Shown here piece after piece: positions 23,950 through 35,950 of a stretch of 37,389 bases of DNA; position 1 is the first letter of the stretch; each line of letters begins with the position of its first letter. The DNA is from Chiloscyllium plagiosum (Eukaryota). A program made the translations under genes and the position numbers. The stretch covers positions 26,059,056-26,096,444 of the forward strand of contig NC_057720.1 of the NCBI RefSeq assembly GCF_004010195.1, in the 5' to 3' direction. Below the pieces are notes generated by a model that saw only the letters and a program-made list of their open reading frames with translations, had not been told where the DNA came from and ran no database searches.

Positions 23950-24550
23950 AAAAGTACCTTCCAGACCCATGATTTCTGCCTCAGGAAAAGGGCAAGAGCA
24001 GCAGATTTATGGGGACACTAACAAGCTCCCCTCAAAATTACACATCATTCTGACTTAGGGGAGGTGATGGCCCAATGGTATTCTTGCTGGATTGTTGATC
24101 CAGACACCCAGGTAATGTGTTGGTTTGAATCCTGCCATGGCAGAAGTCTGGAATTAACACCCTAATGAATCCATTGCTGATTGTCTGGAAAAAGCCATCT
24201 GGTTCAATAAAGTCTTTTGGGGAAGGATACTGCCATCCTAACTGGTCTGGCTTGCATGTGACTCCAGGCCCACAGCAAAGTCGTTGACAATTAGAGATGG
24301 ACAAGAAATGTTGGCCTAGTCAGCGCCACCCTCATCCTGCGAATCTTGCAACTATATTTTCATTCCTTCACTGTCGCTGGGTCAAAGTTCTGAAACTCCC
24401 TTCCTAACAAACTATGTGTGTCCTTACACTATATGGATGGCAGCAGTTCAAGAAGGCAGCTCACCACCATCTTCCACAGGGTAATTAAGGAAAGACAGTA
24501 AACGCTGACCAGACCAGCAACACCCATATCCCATGAAGAAACAAAAAAAA
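23950..24550 (+). mobile_element. CR1-group LINE 3' end (same family as 10245-10812), interrupted by a SINE
   Basis: Colinear with 10525-10810 on both sides of 24058-24345. Confidence 0.72.
24058..24345 (+). mobile_element. tRNA-derived SINE (non-HE1) sharing its 3' tail with the host LINE
   Basis: A box TGGCCCAATGG, B box GGTTTGAATCC, tail GATGGACAAGAAATGTTGGCCTAGTCAGCG..CATCC. Confidence 0.72.
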
Positions 24551-24734
24551 TGACCTTCATTACATTGAAATTTAATTTTCCACAGTTTTGTCTATTTCCT
24601 TAGTATATCAACAATTTACTTCCATCTATATTGCTATGCCAGTGATTATTAAGAAATGTATAATGAAGGTCCCAATACAGATCTGTGTGTCTAGCCACAT
24701 CCTGCCAATTAGACAACCTCTCCATAATCGGTGG

Positions 24735-24862
24735 AAGTGGGTACTGCAGATGCTGGAGATTAGAGTCAAGATTAGAGTGGTGCTGGAAAAGCACAGCAGG
24801 TCAGGCAGCATCCGAGAAGCAGGAAAATTGGCGTTTCGGACAAAGACGCTTCATCAGGAATG
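24735..24862 (-). mobile_element. PLE pLTR arm with hammerhead-like motif
   Basis: Minus strand ATTC-CTGATGA-AGCGTCTTTGTCC-GAAAC-GCC-AATT at 24826-24861. Confidence 0.75.
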
Positions 24863-25430
24863 CCTCCTGCCACTCAGTCAATTTCTTAGCCAGATCAATA
24901 ATTTCTGTTCATTTTCATGAGTCAACAGCTTTTACAGGAAGGATTTTATTAAATGTATTGTAGAATTCTGTACGAATAATTGTATTACGTAAGTGTTGTA
25001 TTTAATATTTTTTGTGGATGCGAGATTGAAGGGTATTGGACAGCTGGATTGTTCTATTTCAGAAGTCAATGAAAGGATAGTGGAACTGTTTTTTTAGCAG
25101 TCACTTCATAAAAGTCACATATCTTGTGATATCTGCTCATTTACTGCAGATGTCTGTTGGGTATTAGCTTGTATACTGTACACACTGCTTTGGAGGTAGT
25201 TTGGATTTTTCGCTTTTAGGAACGGCCCCTCTCTCCGGTTTCTGAAAACCACTTTGTTGTGGGTCCAGTGTGGTTTCTAGAGCTCTGGTCCAATTGCAAC
25301 CCTTATTGTCCTCCAAAAGAATGTCCAGAAGAAGTCTTGGTGCTACATTTCATGAGCATGCTGTGTTGGCAAGGATTCAAAGACATCGACTTGTGTTGGT
25401 GATGTCCATCTTGGTTTACCAGAATGTCAG

Positions 25431-25581
25431 GGTCGAAGAGTTTGGTGCTGGAAACGTACAGCAGGTCAGGCAGCATCCAAGGAGCAGGATGCACCTCAGC
25501 TGCTGCCTGACCGGCTGTGTTTTTCCAGCACCACACTTTTTGACTCTGATCTCCAGCATCGGCAGTCCTCACTTTCTCCTG
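25431..25581. mobile_element. Penelope-derived fold-back element (centre deleted), 13-bp TSD
   Basis: TSD ACCAGAATGTCAG at 25418-25430 and 25582-25594, with inverted arms. Confidence 0.82.
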
Positions 25582-25937
25582 ACCAGAATGTCAGACCAAC
25601 ATTATCTAATCAATAGACACTTTTCTGTGAGGTCAAGAACTAAGTCTTATTGAACAAAAATTTTCTTTTTTCTTCCAAAGTGAATCTCTACGGAGAGAAA
25701 TTTGATTTCTTCCCCATGGTGTTTGTGTATATGTGTCAGTGTTTGTGTGTGTGCAAGTGTGTACACAGCTGTGCATGTAAACGTTCTGAGTTTTTAGAGG
25801 CATACACATTCTTGTTTTCATATTCCAAACTAAATGTGTTAACCATTTTGACATCATAAGTTGTGTTTATAATTACTGATAACTTTGTGCTTATTAAAAG
25901 AATCTTGTTGATGGATGTGATTTTAAATCTAATACAG

Positions 25938-26790
25938 AGAGAACTAGTCATTTGGATACAGGACTGGCTCAAAGGTAGAAGACAGAGGGTGGTGGTGGAG
26001 GGTTGTTTTTCAGATTGGAGGCCTGTGACCACTGGACTGCCACAAGGATCGGTGCTGGGTCCTCTACTTTTTGTCATTTACTTAAATGGTTTGGATGCGA
26101 GCATAAGAGGTACAGTTAGTAAGTTTGCAGATGACATCAATATTGGAGGTGTAGTGGAGAGTGAAGAGGGTTACCTCAGATTACAATAGGATTTTGACTA
26201 GATGGGCCAATGGGCTAAAAAGTGGCAGATGGAGTTTAATTCAGATAAATGCAAAGTGCTGCATTTTGGGAAAGAAATCTTAGCAGGACTTATACACTTA
26301 ATGGTAAGGTCCTAGGGAGTGTTGCTGAACAAAGAGACCTTGGAGTGCAGGTTCATAGCTCCTTGAAAGTGGAGTCTCAGGTAGATAGGATAGTGAAGAA
26401 GGCATTTGGTATGCTTTCCTTTATTGGTCAGAGTATTGAGTACAGGGGTTGGGAGGTCATGTTGTGGCCATACAGGACATTGGCTAGGCCACTGTTGCAA
26501 TATTGTGTGCAATTCTGGTCCTCTTCCTATCGGAAAGATGTTGCCTAAGGGGCAACTTTTTCACACAGAGGGTGGTACGTGTATGGGATGAGCTGCTAGA
26601 GGAAGTGGTGAAGGCTGGTACAATTACAACATTTAAAAGGCATCTGGATGGGTATATGAATAGAAAGGGTTTGGAGGGATATGGGCCGGGTGCTGGCAGG
26701 TGGGACTAGATTGAATTGGGATATCTGGTCGGCATGGACAGGTTGGACCGAAGGGTCTGTTTCCATGCTGTACATCTCTATGACTCTATG
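25938..26790 (+). mobile_element. CR1 (HER1-like) LINE with an internal deletion at ~26543
   Basis: WIQDWLKGRRQRVVVEG...GLPQGSVLGPLLFVIYLN...SKFADD, and a CTATGACT tail. Confidence 0.93.
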
Positions 26791-26929
26791 AGAAAGCATG
26801 CAATTCACCATATCGGGAACTGAATAAAACAATTAAGTTTATATTCTAACCCAAGGAGTAGTGCAGGAACTAAAGAAAATAATGTTGTCCTCCCATCTCA
26901 GTCAGAACAATATCTATGGAGATTTCTCT

Positions 26930-27150
26930 GCCTGCTACTTAACTCACCTCTTTGAAAAGTGTAGGTTCATCAGACATGACCTATCCTTTATGAATCCATG
27001 CTGGCTTTCTTTGATCAGCTGAAAATTTTCATGTTGTTCAGACACTCTATCCTTAATTATAGACTCTAGTAATTTTCTGACAACAGATGTTAGGCTAACT
27101 GGTCTATAATTCCCTGGTTTCCCTCTTTCACCTTTTTAAAATAGCAAAGT
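26930..27150 (-). mobile_element. CR1 internal ORF2 fragment
   Basis: Minus strand encodes PGNYRPVSLTSVV (27080-27118). Paralogous to 31320-31500. Confidence 0.7.
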
Positions 27151-27594
27151 GAGTTGCATAACGCATTAGCTGCATAATGAATAACTGTATAATAACAGAG
27201 CACAGAAAGTTAGAATTCATTTAATTGCATACCTTCAAAAGGGTCTGATGCACAAGCACATAGATGTGCAAATGCAAAGCCAGTTTAATACTTGATATAT
27301 AATGTACAACCTGCTTGGTTACACAGCAAATAAATTTTCAGGACAAGATATCTTATTACATATAAAATTCATTGCCCGCTTAAACTCAGAAATTCAAAGC
27401 CTGCCTAGAAAGATACATCTTTGCATTATCTAATATTATAAAGCATTAAAAATTCTTCAAAAATAGAGAGTGCCAAAATTCAATGCCCGCTGTATTGCTT
27501 AAATGTATTATCCACTTAATCAGGCAACATATAAACACATAATCTATTTAATTATGGCAATTAGATCATTGTAATTGTTTAAAGTCATATGGAG

Positions 27595-28740
27595 AACCCC
27601 TGGAAAATGGGCATAGAGATCAAGTTATGCAAATAACTGGCACCCACTCATTGCAGTGTGATCAGCCTGCTGAATTTATGCTGTCCGTTGATTTGATCAA
27701 CAACACTGTCTGTGCGCATTAGCAGGGCATCTGAGATTATGGCTGGATGGCGCTACTTAAAGCTATCACACACCTTTCAAGTGAAATGTACAGTAGAACT
27801 AGTGAGAGTTAGTTATGAATTGTATCTACTTTAATATTAGAAAAAGAAGCTCAACATTTCAAGCTTTCCTAATAATGTGTTGGAGACCTTTGTGGAGGAA
27901 GTGGCGAGAAAGAGACCCAGCCTAAATATACATGCAGGAGTGGCGGTGAGTGGATAGGAGTCCTTCAAGATGTAACATTTGGAGTCAGTGGGAGGAAGTA
28001 GCATCAAAGGTGCAATTGCTCCATGACCTTGAATGAGGTGCACAAAAATATTTATGGTCTAACAAGTTATCAAGAAACACTGCATATACTAGCTTACCAG
28101 AGAGTGATGAACACAGCAAGCCAGACAGCATCAGGGGGTGGAGAAGTCACCATTTCAGGTGTAACCCTTCTTTTTTTGGTCTCCTACCAGAGAGTGATGT
28201 TGCAAATTAGTCAGATAATGGGTTCAAATGGTCTGGGCTACAGAAGGTGGCTTGTGAATGTATATAACCAAATGCTTGGTACACAGGAAAACATTATGAA
28301 AAGCTTGCATTCAATATTTAGGAATGTAGGGGAATCTATCACCAACTTGGCACAGGACTCCATGTGAAAGTTGCAGCCCATCCTTTCCAATAATAAATTA
28401 AGCATTACTTCCATCAGCACATATCTCAGGGTGACAGCATTCCTGCACCCACTCCTGTACTTTGCTAATGTCTTGCTGTTGTCAGCTCATCGAGAATGCT
28501 ATAATCTAACCTGAGCTCTCACTGCCTGAATCCAGGCCTTTGAAACTTGGAGATGTTTGCGATACTTGTGCACTTGCATGTGAGTAGCCTTCTATGTTCC
28601 ACACTTTAGTCAATAGAGAAGCATCAAGTAGGACCACTAGAATAAGCAAACACTGGCACCAAGGAGATGCACAAAAGTGATTGGTTTTAATTTGCATGCA
28701 ATGTTTAGTGGTTAAATTCATAAATTTGGCTCTGATTTTG
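27595..28740 (+). mobile_element. Probable Harbinger-type transposon remnant (Myb/SANT-like ORF)
   Basis: VLETFVEEVARKR (27877-27915) and WEEVASKV (~27988-28011) resemble the Myb/SANT motif. Boundaries uncertain. Confidence 0.42.
28110..28184 (-). mobile_element. Short PLE arm insertion, 15-bp TSD
   Basis: TSD TACCAGAGAGTGATG at 28095-28109 and 28185-28199. The insert matches 16321-16382. Confidence 0.72.
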
Positions 28741-28872
28741 TATTTGAGGTTAGCTTTGAGGACGATAATGAACTGAGAGAGCTACCAGTAACTGTTATCA
28801 GACACAGGAAAGGTGAGTTGCAGTGAGAAATAAAAATGTGAGCCTTAATGAATTGGCAGGTGTTGTTGAGGT

Positions 28873-29102
28873 AGTCAGAAGTAAGGACTGCAGATGCTGG
28901 AAACCAGAGTTTAGATTAGAGTGGTGCTGGAAAAGGACAGCGGGTCAGGCAGCATCTAAGGAGCAGGAAGATCGATGTTTCGTGCAAAAGCCCTTCATCA
29001 GGCTATTCCTGATAAAGGGCTTTTGCCCAAAATATCGATTTTCCTGCTCCTCAGATGCTGCCTGACCTGCTGTGCTTTTCCAGTACCACTGTAATCTAAA
29101 CC
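28873..29102. mobile_element. Penelope-derived fold-back element with two back-to-back hammerhead motifs, 16-bp TSD
   Basis: TSD CAGGTGTTGTTGAGGT at 28857-28872 and 29103-29118. ~95-bp inverted arms centred near 29003. Confidence 0.88.
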
Positions 29103-29629
29103 CAGGTGTTGTTGAGGTTACTGGTATCACAGAAGTCTGATTATGCAGAGACCCTGTAGAATGGGGTGACTTACATTGTACCTCATACCTTCTCCTCATT
29201 TTCGTCTTGCTCCATATTCTGTTCCTCCATATTGCTTGTGCTGCTCAGCTTGTCACCTAATAGTTATTATCAAAGACAATTCCCTCGTAATAGCCAGGTT
29301 GCACAACACACACTATATCAACACAAATCTCAATGGCAACTCAACTGAGAACCACAGGGCCCAATAGCACAGGCAGCAGAAATATTGCTTGAGGATGCTG
29401 ATGGTTTTCTGTATAATATTCCTTGTGGCAACATAGTTGTCATTGTAAGTTCACTCTGATGTGTTCTTGATCAGCCATAATCCATGTCATAAGAGAATAA
29501 AGTTTGTTGATCAGGAGTCAAGATTTTACTTGTAATGGTGGTTCAAATACAGGTGATTCAGAGTATGATTGCAGAATGAAGTAATCACATTTGCCAGTAG
29601 GTTATTCATGAATTTAGCTTCTTAGTCAT

Positions 29630-29935
29630 CCACGTAAAAAAGTAGTCCTTAAAAAGTTGACAATCTTTGGTCTACCACCAGTTTTTGCTGCTTTGTATGC
29701 CTTAGTTTTTGATTGGATACTCTCCTTCACTGCCCTTTTAAACCATGAATGGTTCATTTTTCTCATGGAATACTTCTTTTTGATGAATATATTTTTGATG
29801 TGCATCAGAAAATATCTGCAAAAATGTCTGCCATTGTTCTTCTTCTGAATCCCTCTGTGTCTATTTTCCTGGCTCACTTTAGACAGTTTTTTCTTTATAC
29901 CTCAAGAATTGCCTCTAAATAAGTTGAGGACATTG
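29630..29935 (-). mobile_element. CR1 internal fragment (region between endonuclease and RT)
   Basis: NHSWFKRAVKESIQSKTKAYKAAK. Similar to 31990-32250. Confidence 0.6.
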
Positions 29936-30087
29936 CTCCATTTATAACTAGAATTTGCCACTTGCTTTAGGAATACATTTTGTTCAGAGTAAATGGATTA
30001 TGTTGAGTTCACTATTTCCTTTATACTGGATAGTAGTACAAAAAGAAGTGAATCACCATTTTGGTTATTAAATCAACACTATTATAG

Positions 30088-32870
30088 TACATAAGAATGT
30101 AAGAAATAGGAGCAGGAGTAGGCCATCGGGTCATCAATCCTGCTTCACCATTCAATAAGGTCATAGCTGATCTTTTCATGGACTCAGCTCCATTTACCCG
30201 TCCACTCACCATAAATCTTGATTCCTTTACTGTCAAATATCTATCTATCTTCATCTTAAAAACGGTGAATGAGGTAACCTCAACTGCTTCACTGGGCAGG
30301 AAATTTCACAGATTCACAACTCATTGGGTCAAGAAGTTCCTATTCAACTCAGACCTAAATCTGTTCTGTCTTATTTTGAGGCAAAATCCCCCCAATTTTA
30401 GCTTCACTCGCTAGTGGAGACAACCTCTGTGCTTCTATCTTATCTATTCCCTTCATAATTTTGCATGTTTCTATAAGATACACCCCTCATTCCTCCAAAT
30501 TCCAATGAGTATAGCCTCAGTCAACTCAATGTCTCCTCATAAGCCAACCCTCTCAACGTCGGAATTAACCTGTTGAATCTCCTCTGCATGCCCACCAGTC
30601 CCTCAAGTAAGGAGATCAAAACTATGCAAAATACTCCAGGTGTGGCCTCACCAGCACCCTATATAGCTGCAGCATAACCTCCCTGTTTTTATATGCCAAC
30701 CCTCTAGCAATGAAGGACAATATCCCATTTACCTTATTAATTACCTCCTGCACCTGAAAACAAATTTTCTTTGATTCATGCACAAGGACACCCAGATCCC
30801 ACTGCACAGCAGCATGCTACAATTTCCACCATTTAAATAATCATCCATTTTGCTATTATTCCTACCAAAATGGATGACCTCACATTTACTAATACTGTAT
30901 TCCATCTGCAAGACTCTTGTCCACTCATTTAATCTACATACACCCCTCTGCAGACTTTCAGTGTCCTCTGCACAATTTGTTCTACCATCCATCTTAGTGT
31001 CATCTGTAAACTTTGACATGCTACACATGTTCCCCAACTCTAAATCATCTATATAAATTGTGAACAGTTCCAGTCCCAGCAGTGATCCCTGAGGCACACC
31101 ACTAGCCACTGATTGCCAACCAGAAAAACACTTATTTATCCCCAATCTTTGCTTTCTGTTAGTTAACCAATCTTCTATCCTTGCTAATACACAACCTGTA
31201 ATGCTATGCACTTCCATCTTCTGCAGCAGCCTTTTGTGCAGCACCTTGTCGAATGCCTACTGGAAATTCAGATGCAACACTGGTACCCCGTTGTCCAATA
31301 CGATCATAATACCCTCAAAGAATTCTCGTAAATTAGTTAAATATGACGTCTGTTTGCGAACCCATGCTGTATCTGCTCGACAGGACAATTTCTTTCCAGA
31401 TGTCTCTCTATGTCTTCCTTAATGATAGATTCAAGCATTTTCCACACTAGAGGTTAAGCTAATGGGTCAATAGTTAACCGCCTTTTGTCTATCTCCTTTT
31501 TTAAACAACGGCATCATTTTCTGTTTTCCAATCTGATAGAAATGCCTCAGAGTCCAACAAATTTTGATAAATTACCACAAGTGTACTTGTTATTTCCCTG
31601 TCATCTCTTTTAATACCCTGGGATGCATTTCATCAGGGCCAGGAGACTTATCTATCTTTAATTCCATTAGCTTGCTCAACACTACCTCTTAGTGATAATG
31701 ATCATTTCTATGGTCTTCACCTGCCATAGCCTCTTTATCCCCAATTATTGGCATTTTATTTATGTCTTCCACTGCAAAAACTGACACAAAATGCTTGTTC
31801 AATACCTTGGCCATTTCTGCATTTCTTATTATTAAAGTCCCCTTCTCATCCTTTCAAAGACCAATGTTTATCTTAGCCACTCTTTTTCATTTTATATATT
31901 TGAAGAAACCTTTGCTATCTGATTTTATATTCTGAGCTAATTTACCCTCATAATCTAGCTTATCTTTCTTTATAGCTTTTCTCATGGCCTTCTGTTGACC
32001 TTTAAAGATTTTCCAAACGTCTAATCTTTGGTAGTTTGTATGCACTGGCTTTCAATTCAATCCCTTCCTGTCTTTGCTTAGTTATCCTTGGCTGATTATC
32101 CTTTTTTCCTATAGTCCTTCCTTTTCACTGATATATACTTTTGCTGAGCACTGTGAAAAGTCCTCCATTGTTCCTCAATTGTCCCACTGTAGTCTTTGCT
32201 CCCAGTCTACCTTGGCCAACTCCTCCTTCATCCCATTGTAATCTCCTGTGTTTCAGTGCAAGACACTAGTATTGCATTTTACATTCTCACTCTCCATCTG
32301 TATTGTAAATTCAACTATACTGTGAGAGGGTTACAGAGCAATGTGAACTTGGCCCGGACAATCATAAAGGCTAACCTCCCATCTATAGAATCCATCTACC
32401 AGGCCCGCTGTCAAGGAAAGGCTGCCAGCATTCAGAAAGATCCATTCCACCCTGACAATGTTTTTCGACAACCTCTACCATCATGGAGAAGGTACAGCAG
32501 CCTGAACACACGCCCCAGCCGGTTTCATAACAGTTTCTACCCTACTGTTGTTAGAATACTGAATGGACTCACAAACTCTTGACACTCACCTTTACCTGTG
32601 TTTTTGTTTTTGCAGTTGTTTATCTATTATTTACTCTCTATGCTACTTAACTCTGTGATCTGCTTGTATTGCTCACAAGACCAAGCTTTTCACTGTGCCT
32701 AGGTACACGTGACAATAAATTCAGTTCAATTCAATTCAATTCAATTCAAATCATCACTCCTTTCAAGAGGCTCCCTAACAATGAGATCATTAATTATTCC
32801 TGACTTATTACAGAGGACCAGATCTAGGGTAGCTTGCTCTCTCGTAGGTTCCATTACATACTGTTCAAGG
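30088..32870 (-). mobile_element. CR1 LINE, ~2.3 kb of degenerate ORF2 plus tail, interrupted by Rex1
   Basis: IEDWLTNRKQR...SGVPQGSLLG..FTIYIDDL...SKFTDDTK, LYRVLVRPHLEY, and tail at 30088-30200. Confidence 0.92.
32323..32748 (+). mobile_element. Rex1/Babar-clade LINE 3' end
   Basis: LPSIESIYQARC..KAASI.KDPFHP....PLPS.RRYSSL.TR.SRF.NSFYP..VRILN. Tail CACGTGACAATAAA + (TTCAA)n. Confidence 0.88.
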
Positions 32871-33021
32871 AAACTAATAATGATATAACTTGTGGAGTAT
32901 TGGCATTTGTTTCTCAACACATTCGTCCTGTTACAGTCATAACATTAGGCTATGTGACTTTTCTTCATTATTCCAGTGTTCTCAATTCCCCAAGCAATCC
33001 TTTCAAGACATCCATGTCTGG

Positions 33022-33400
33022 AATGAATAAACGAATGAATGATTTATTGATAGTCACTTGCATTTTACAGTGAATAATACAGTAAAATACAGTGAAGATC
33101 TTCAACAGTCACCATAATCCGACGCCATTTGAATAGTTTAAGAATAAAAAGGATAAAAGATGTAACTGAAAGAGAGCCCTGATCTGGCTCCCCAATGATA
33201 CCTATGCTGCCACCTCTCCTCCACTGCCTCACCACCTGTGCTGGACACACCAATGTAGGAATTGCCACTCATGAGGTGCCATCTGTTCACCACTGGACCC
33301 ACCTTGCTGCTGCTGATGCCAATGCCAGTTCTCATGCTGAACCTACACTCACCTCGCAATCAAAAGTTCCTGTCTCTGCTTGTTCTTTCCTGGATTAAGT
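33022..33400 (-). mobile_element. Non-coding retroelement related to the Rex1-tailed family
   Basis: (GAAT)n end, TACAGTGAA...CAGTCACC...CGCCAT block and CCAC/CTG-rich region, as at 8540-9105 and 35430-35950. Confidence 0.45.
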
Positions 33401-33929
33401 CAAGTGGTAACAATCAAGACTTCAATGTCATCTTGATCCCACACTATATGTCGTGTACTGGAAGAATTCTAAGTGTTTCATTATCAGACACTGTTCAGCA
33501 TCACAGGAAGTGATAAGTAATCCTATTGCTTGATTTTTAATGTGACCTTGTAGAGTTGTAAGAGAGCAAAATAAGATATGTTCCAGTGAAGCTTATGTTT
33601 TTATATATCTCTGCAGTGGTATGTATTCTTTTATGTGCTGTATTTGTCAAACATTGCTAAAAATATTGCTGGAAAATATTACTGAAACTTTAGCCAAGTC
33701 TACAAGGCTTCCAAAAACTGTCTGTGATCAGTCGTGTCCACATCTTCAGTACCGTTTTGAAATTTTCACATGATTGCTGTGCAGTTTTTTAAAAGCAGAC
33801 ACTGTTCAATTCAACGTGACCTCTCACATTTTTTACTCAATTAATTAGTGAAATGAATCTCAGTTAATTGCATGTATTTTGTAGAGACACTTATTTCTAT
33901 GACCTGAAGGTATCAGTCTTATTTCTAAG

Positions 33930-34470
33930 AGGTCATGTGGTGCACTGATAGTGTCCCTATCTTTGGGTCAGAAACTCTAGGTTTGAGTCCAGGTGGGTGG
34001 CACAATGGCTCAGTGGTTGGCACTGCTGTGTCACAGCACCAGGGATCCAGGTTCGATTCCAAACTCAGGCGACTCCTGTGCGGAGTTTGCACATCTTCCC
34101 GTGTCTGCGTGTCCTGGGTGCTCTGGTTTTCTTCCACAATCCAAAAGATATACAGTTTAGGTGAATTGGCTGTGCTAAATTGTATGCAGTGTTCAGGAAT
34201 GTGTAGGTTGGGTGCATTATTCAGAGGTTAAATGTAGAGGAATGGGTGTGGGTGGGTTACTTTTTGGAGGGTCAGTGTGAACTTGTTGGGCCAAAGGGCC
34301 TTTTTCTATAATGAGTCCAATGCCAGGATCTGCTGACCATTGAAGATGTATTTGTGATGTGGCTAAATCCAGTTGAGTGTAAGGCTGTACATTTTTCCAA
34401 TACACTCGATGAGAGGCAGCAAGAGTGGGGAACTTTCCTGCTCCCCCATTCTGCAGAATGCAATGGCAAA
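33930..34470 (+). mobile_element. Degenerate tRNA-headed SINE interrupted by an HE1 copy
   Basis: Head TGTGGTGCACTGATAG...AGGTTTGAGTCC. TGAGTCCA is duplicated around the HE1 insert. Confidence 0.5.
33992..34311 (+). mobile_element. HE1-type SINE, full length
   Basis: Colinear with 763-1040, B box GGTTCGATTCC. Confidence 0.88.
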
Positions 34471-35429
34471 CTACTGTAGTATTTTTCATCATCCAATCCA
34501 ATGGAAGTCCACATCCCCAACTCACAAAAATGAAGATGACAGAAATTATAGAAACTCTTGTTTCCAATTATAAAATATATTCATTAACAATATTCCCTCA
34601 ACTTCTATTTGGTGTTCAGAGAAACACATTGTTCTGTGCTGTCTCTTTGCGATCAACATCTTAAACGTCTTTAAGGGAATGTTACCCCTCAATAGACTAT
34701 TTCTCCTTGTGCAGCACATTCATGATTGTTATATCCACCACACAGCCACACAGCTTAAAGGCACACTGTCCATTACAGTAATCTGTAATTTCTAACACTT
34801 TGGCTGCTTCATTATAAATGCTATACCTGTAACTGCTGTGCCAACAAGCCAACCAACAAAAGGTAATTCATTTGAGGTTTGCAGATTGCAAACATATGTC
34901 TGAAGGCTGTTTCTAAGGTACTTGCTTATGCCATACATATTTCATCTCCTCCTCTCAGTCATTTACTCTAACACATACCAATCAAAATCCCCACTGACCT
35001 GACAGGGAGTAGAATACATTCTTATGACTACAGAATGAGAAATACCCCTCACTATACGTTTCCAGACAGCTGAGCAGAAAAGAACAGCATTGTTTCTGAA
35101 GCTTTGCTTTGTTTCATACATTCTTTATAAACGGGCCTGATGCAGAATAGAAATAGCTGCACTTGGTGATTGTGAGGAGAATCTCAGCTTCTTTCACTTT
35201 AAGTAGAAATCCATCATCTTACAATCTATGTAAACATAAGCAAAGATCTCAAGGCTAAACATCAAGCAATTGAAAACAAGGAAGCATGAATTACGTAATT
35301 GAAATGGAAAAGACTGCATAATATAAAAAAAAAATCAAATAAAGACTGCGGAAATGCATTCAAAAGAAGGAATATGCAACAGAAAGGAATGACCTGCATT
35401 ACCTAGTTGAGGAGGATGAATTATATTTA

Positions 35430-35950
35430 TATTTAAATTTAGATTTGGGTTTTATTATCAGGTGTACAGAAGTACAGGGTATATGAGTACAGTGAAAAGT
35501 GTACAATGTTGCCACACACAGTGGTACACTTAGGTACAAAGTACCCAGGTACAAAATCTGACTTGCAGAAATAGAGAAATGAAGAAATGAGTTAAAATGT
35601 TCAACACTACAGTCTTCTTAGTAAAAAAAAGAGAAAAATAAAGAAATGAAGTTAAAATATAACATATTACAGTCCTTTCTTGAACATGGGCCTTCAGTTG
35701 CTCCAAGCTGGACATTCCAAAGAGGGTTCACTCATCCCCACGCTGGGCTAAGACCCACCCAGGCACACCAGGCTTCGCCACCACTCGCAAGGCTTTGACC
35801 CTGACTGCCGCATCACCACTGCTGCCATTTCTCACCACTGCCACCTTTTCATTGATCACTGCTGCTGCCAATCTTTACGACCGATTATCGCTCACCGCTG
35901 CCAGCATCCAGGCTCACACTGCGCACCAGCCACTGCCACTCTCTATTGGC
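35430..35950 (-). mobile_element. Non-coding retroelement with a Rex1-like 3' tail
   Basis: AGTACAGTGAAAAGTGTACAATGTTGCCA...CTTAGGTACAA matches 8570-8636 and the reverse complement of 12410-12520. Confidence 0.55.
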
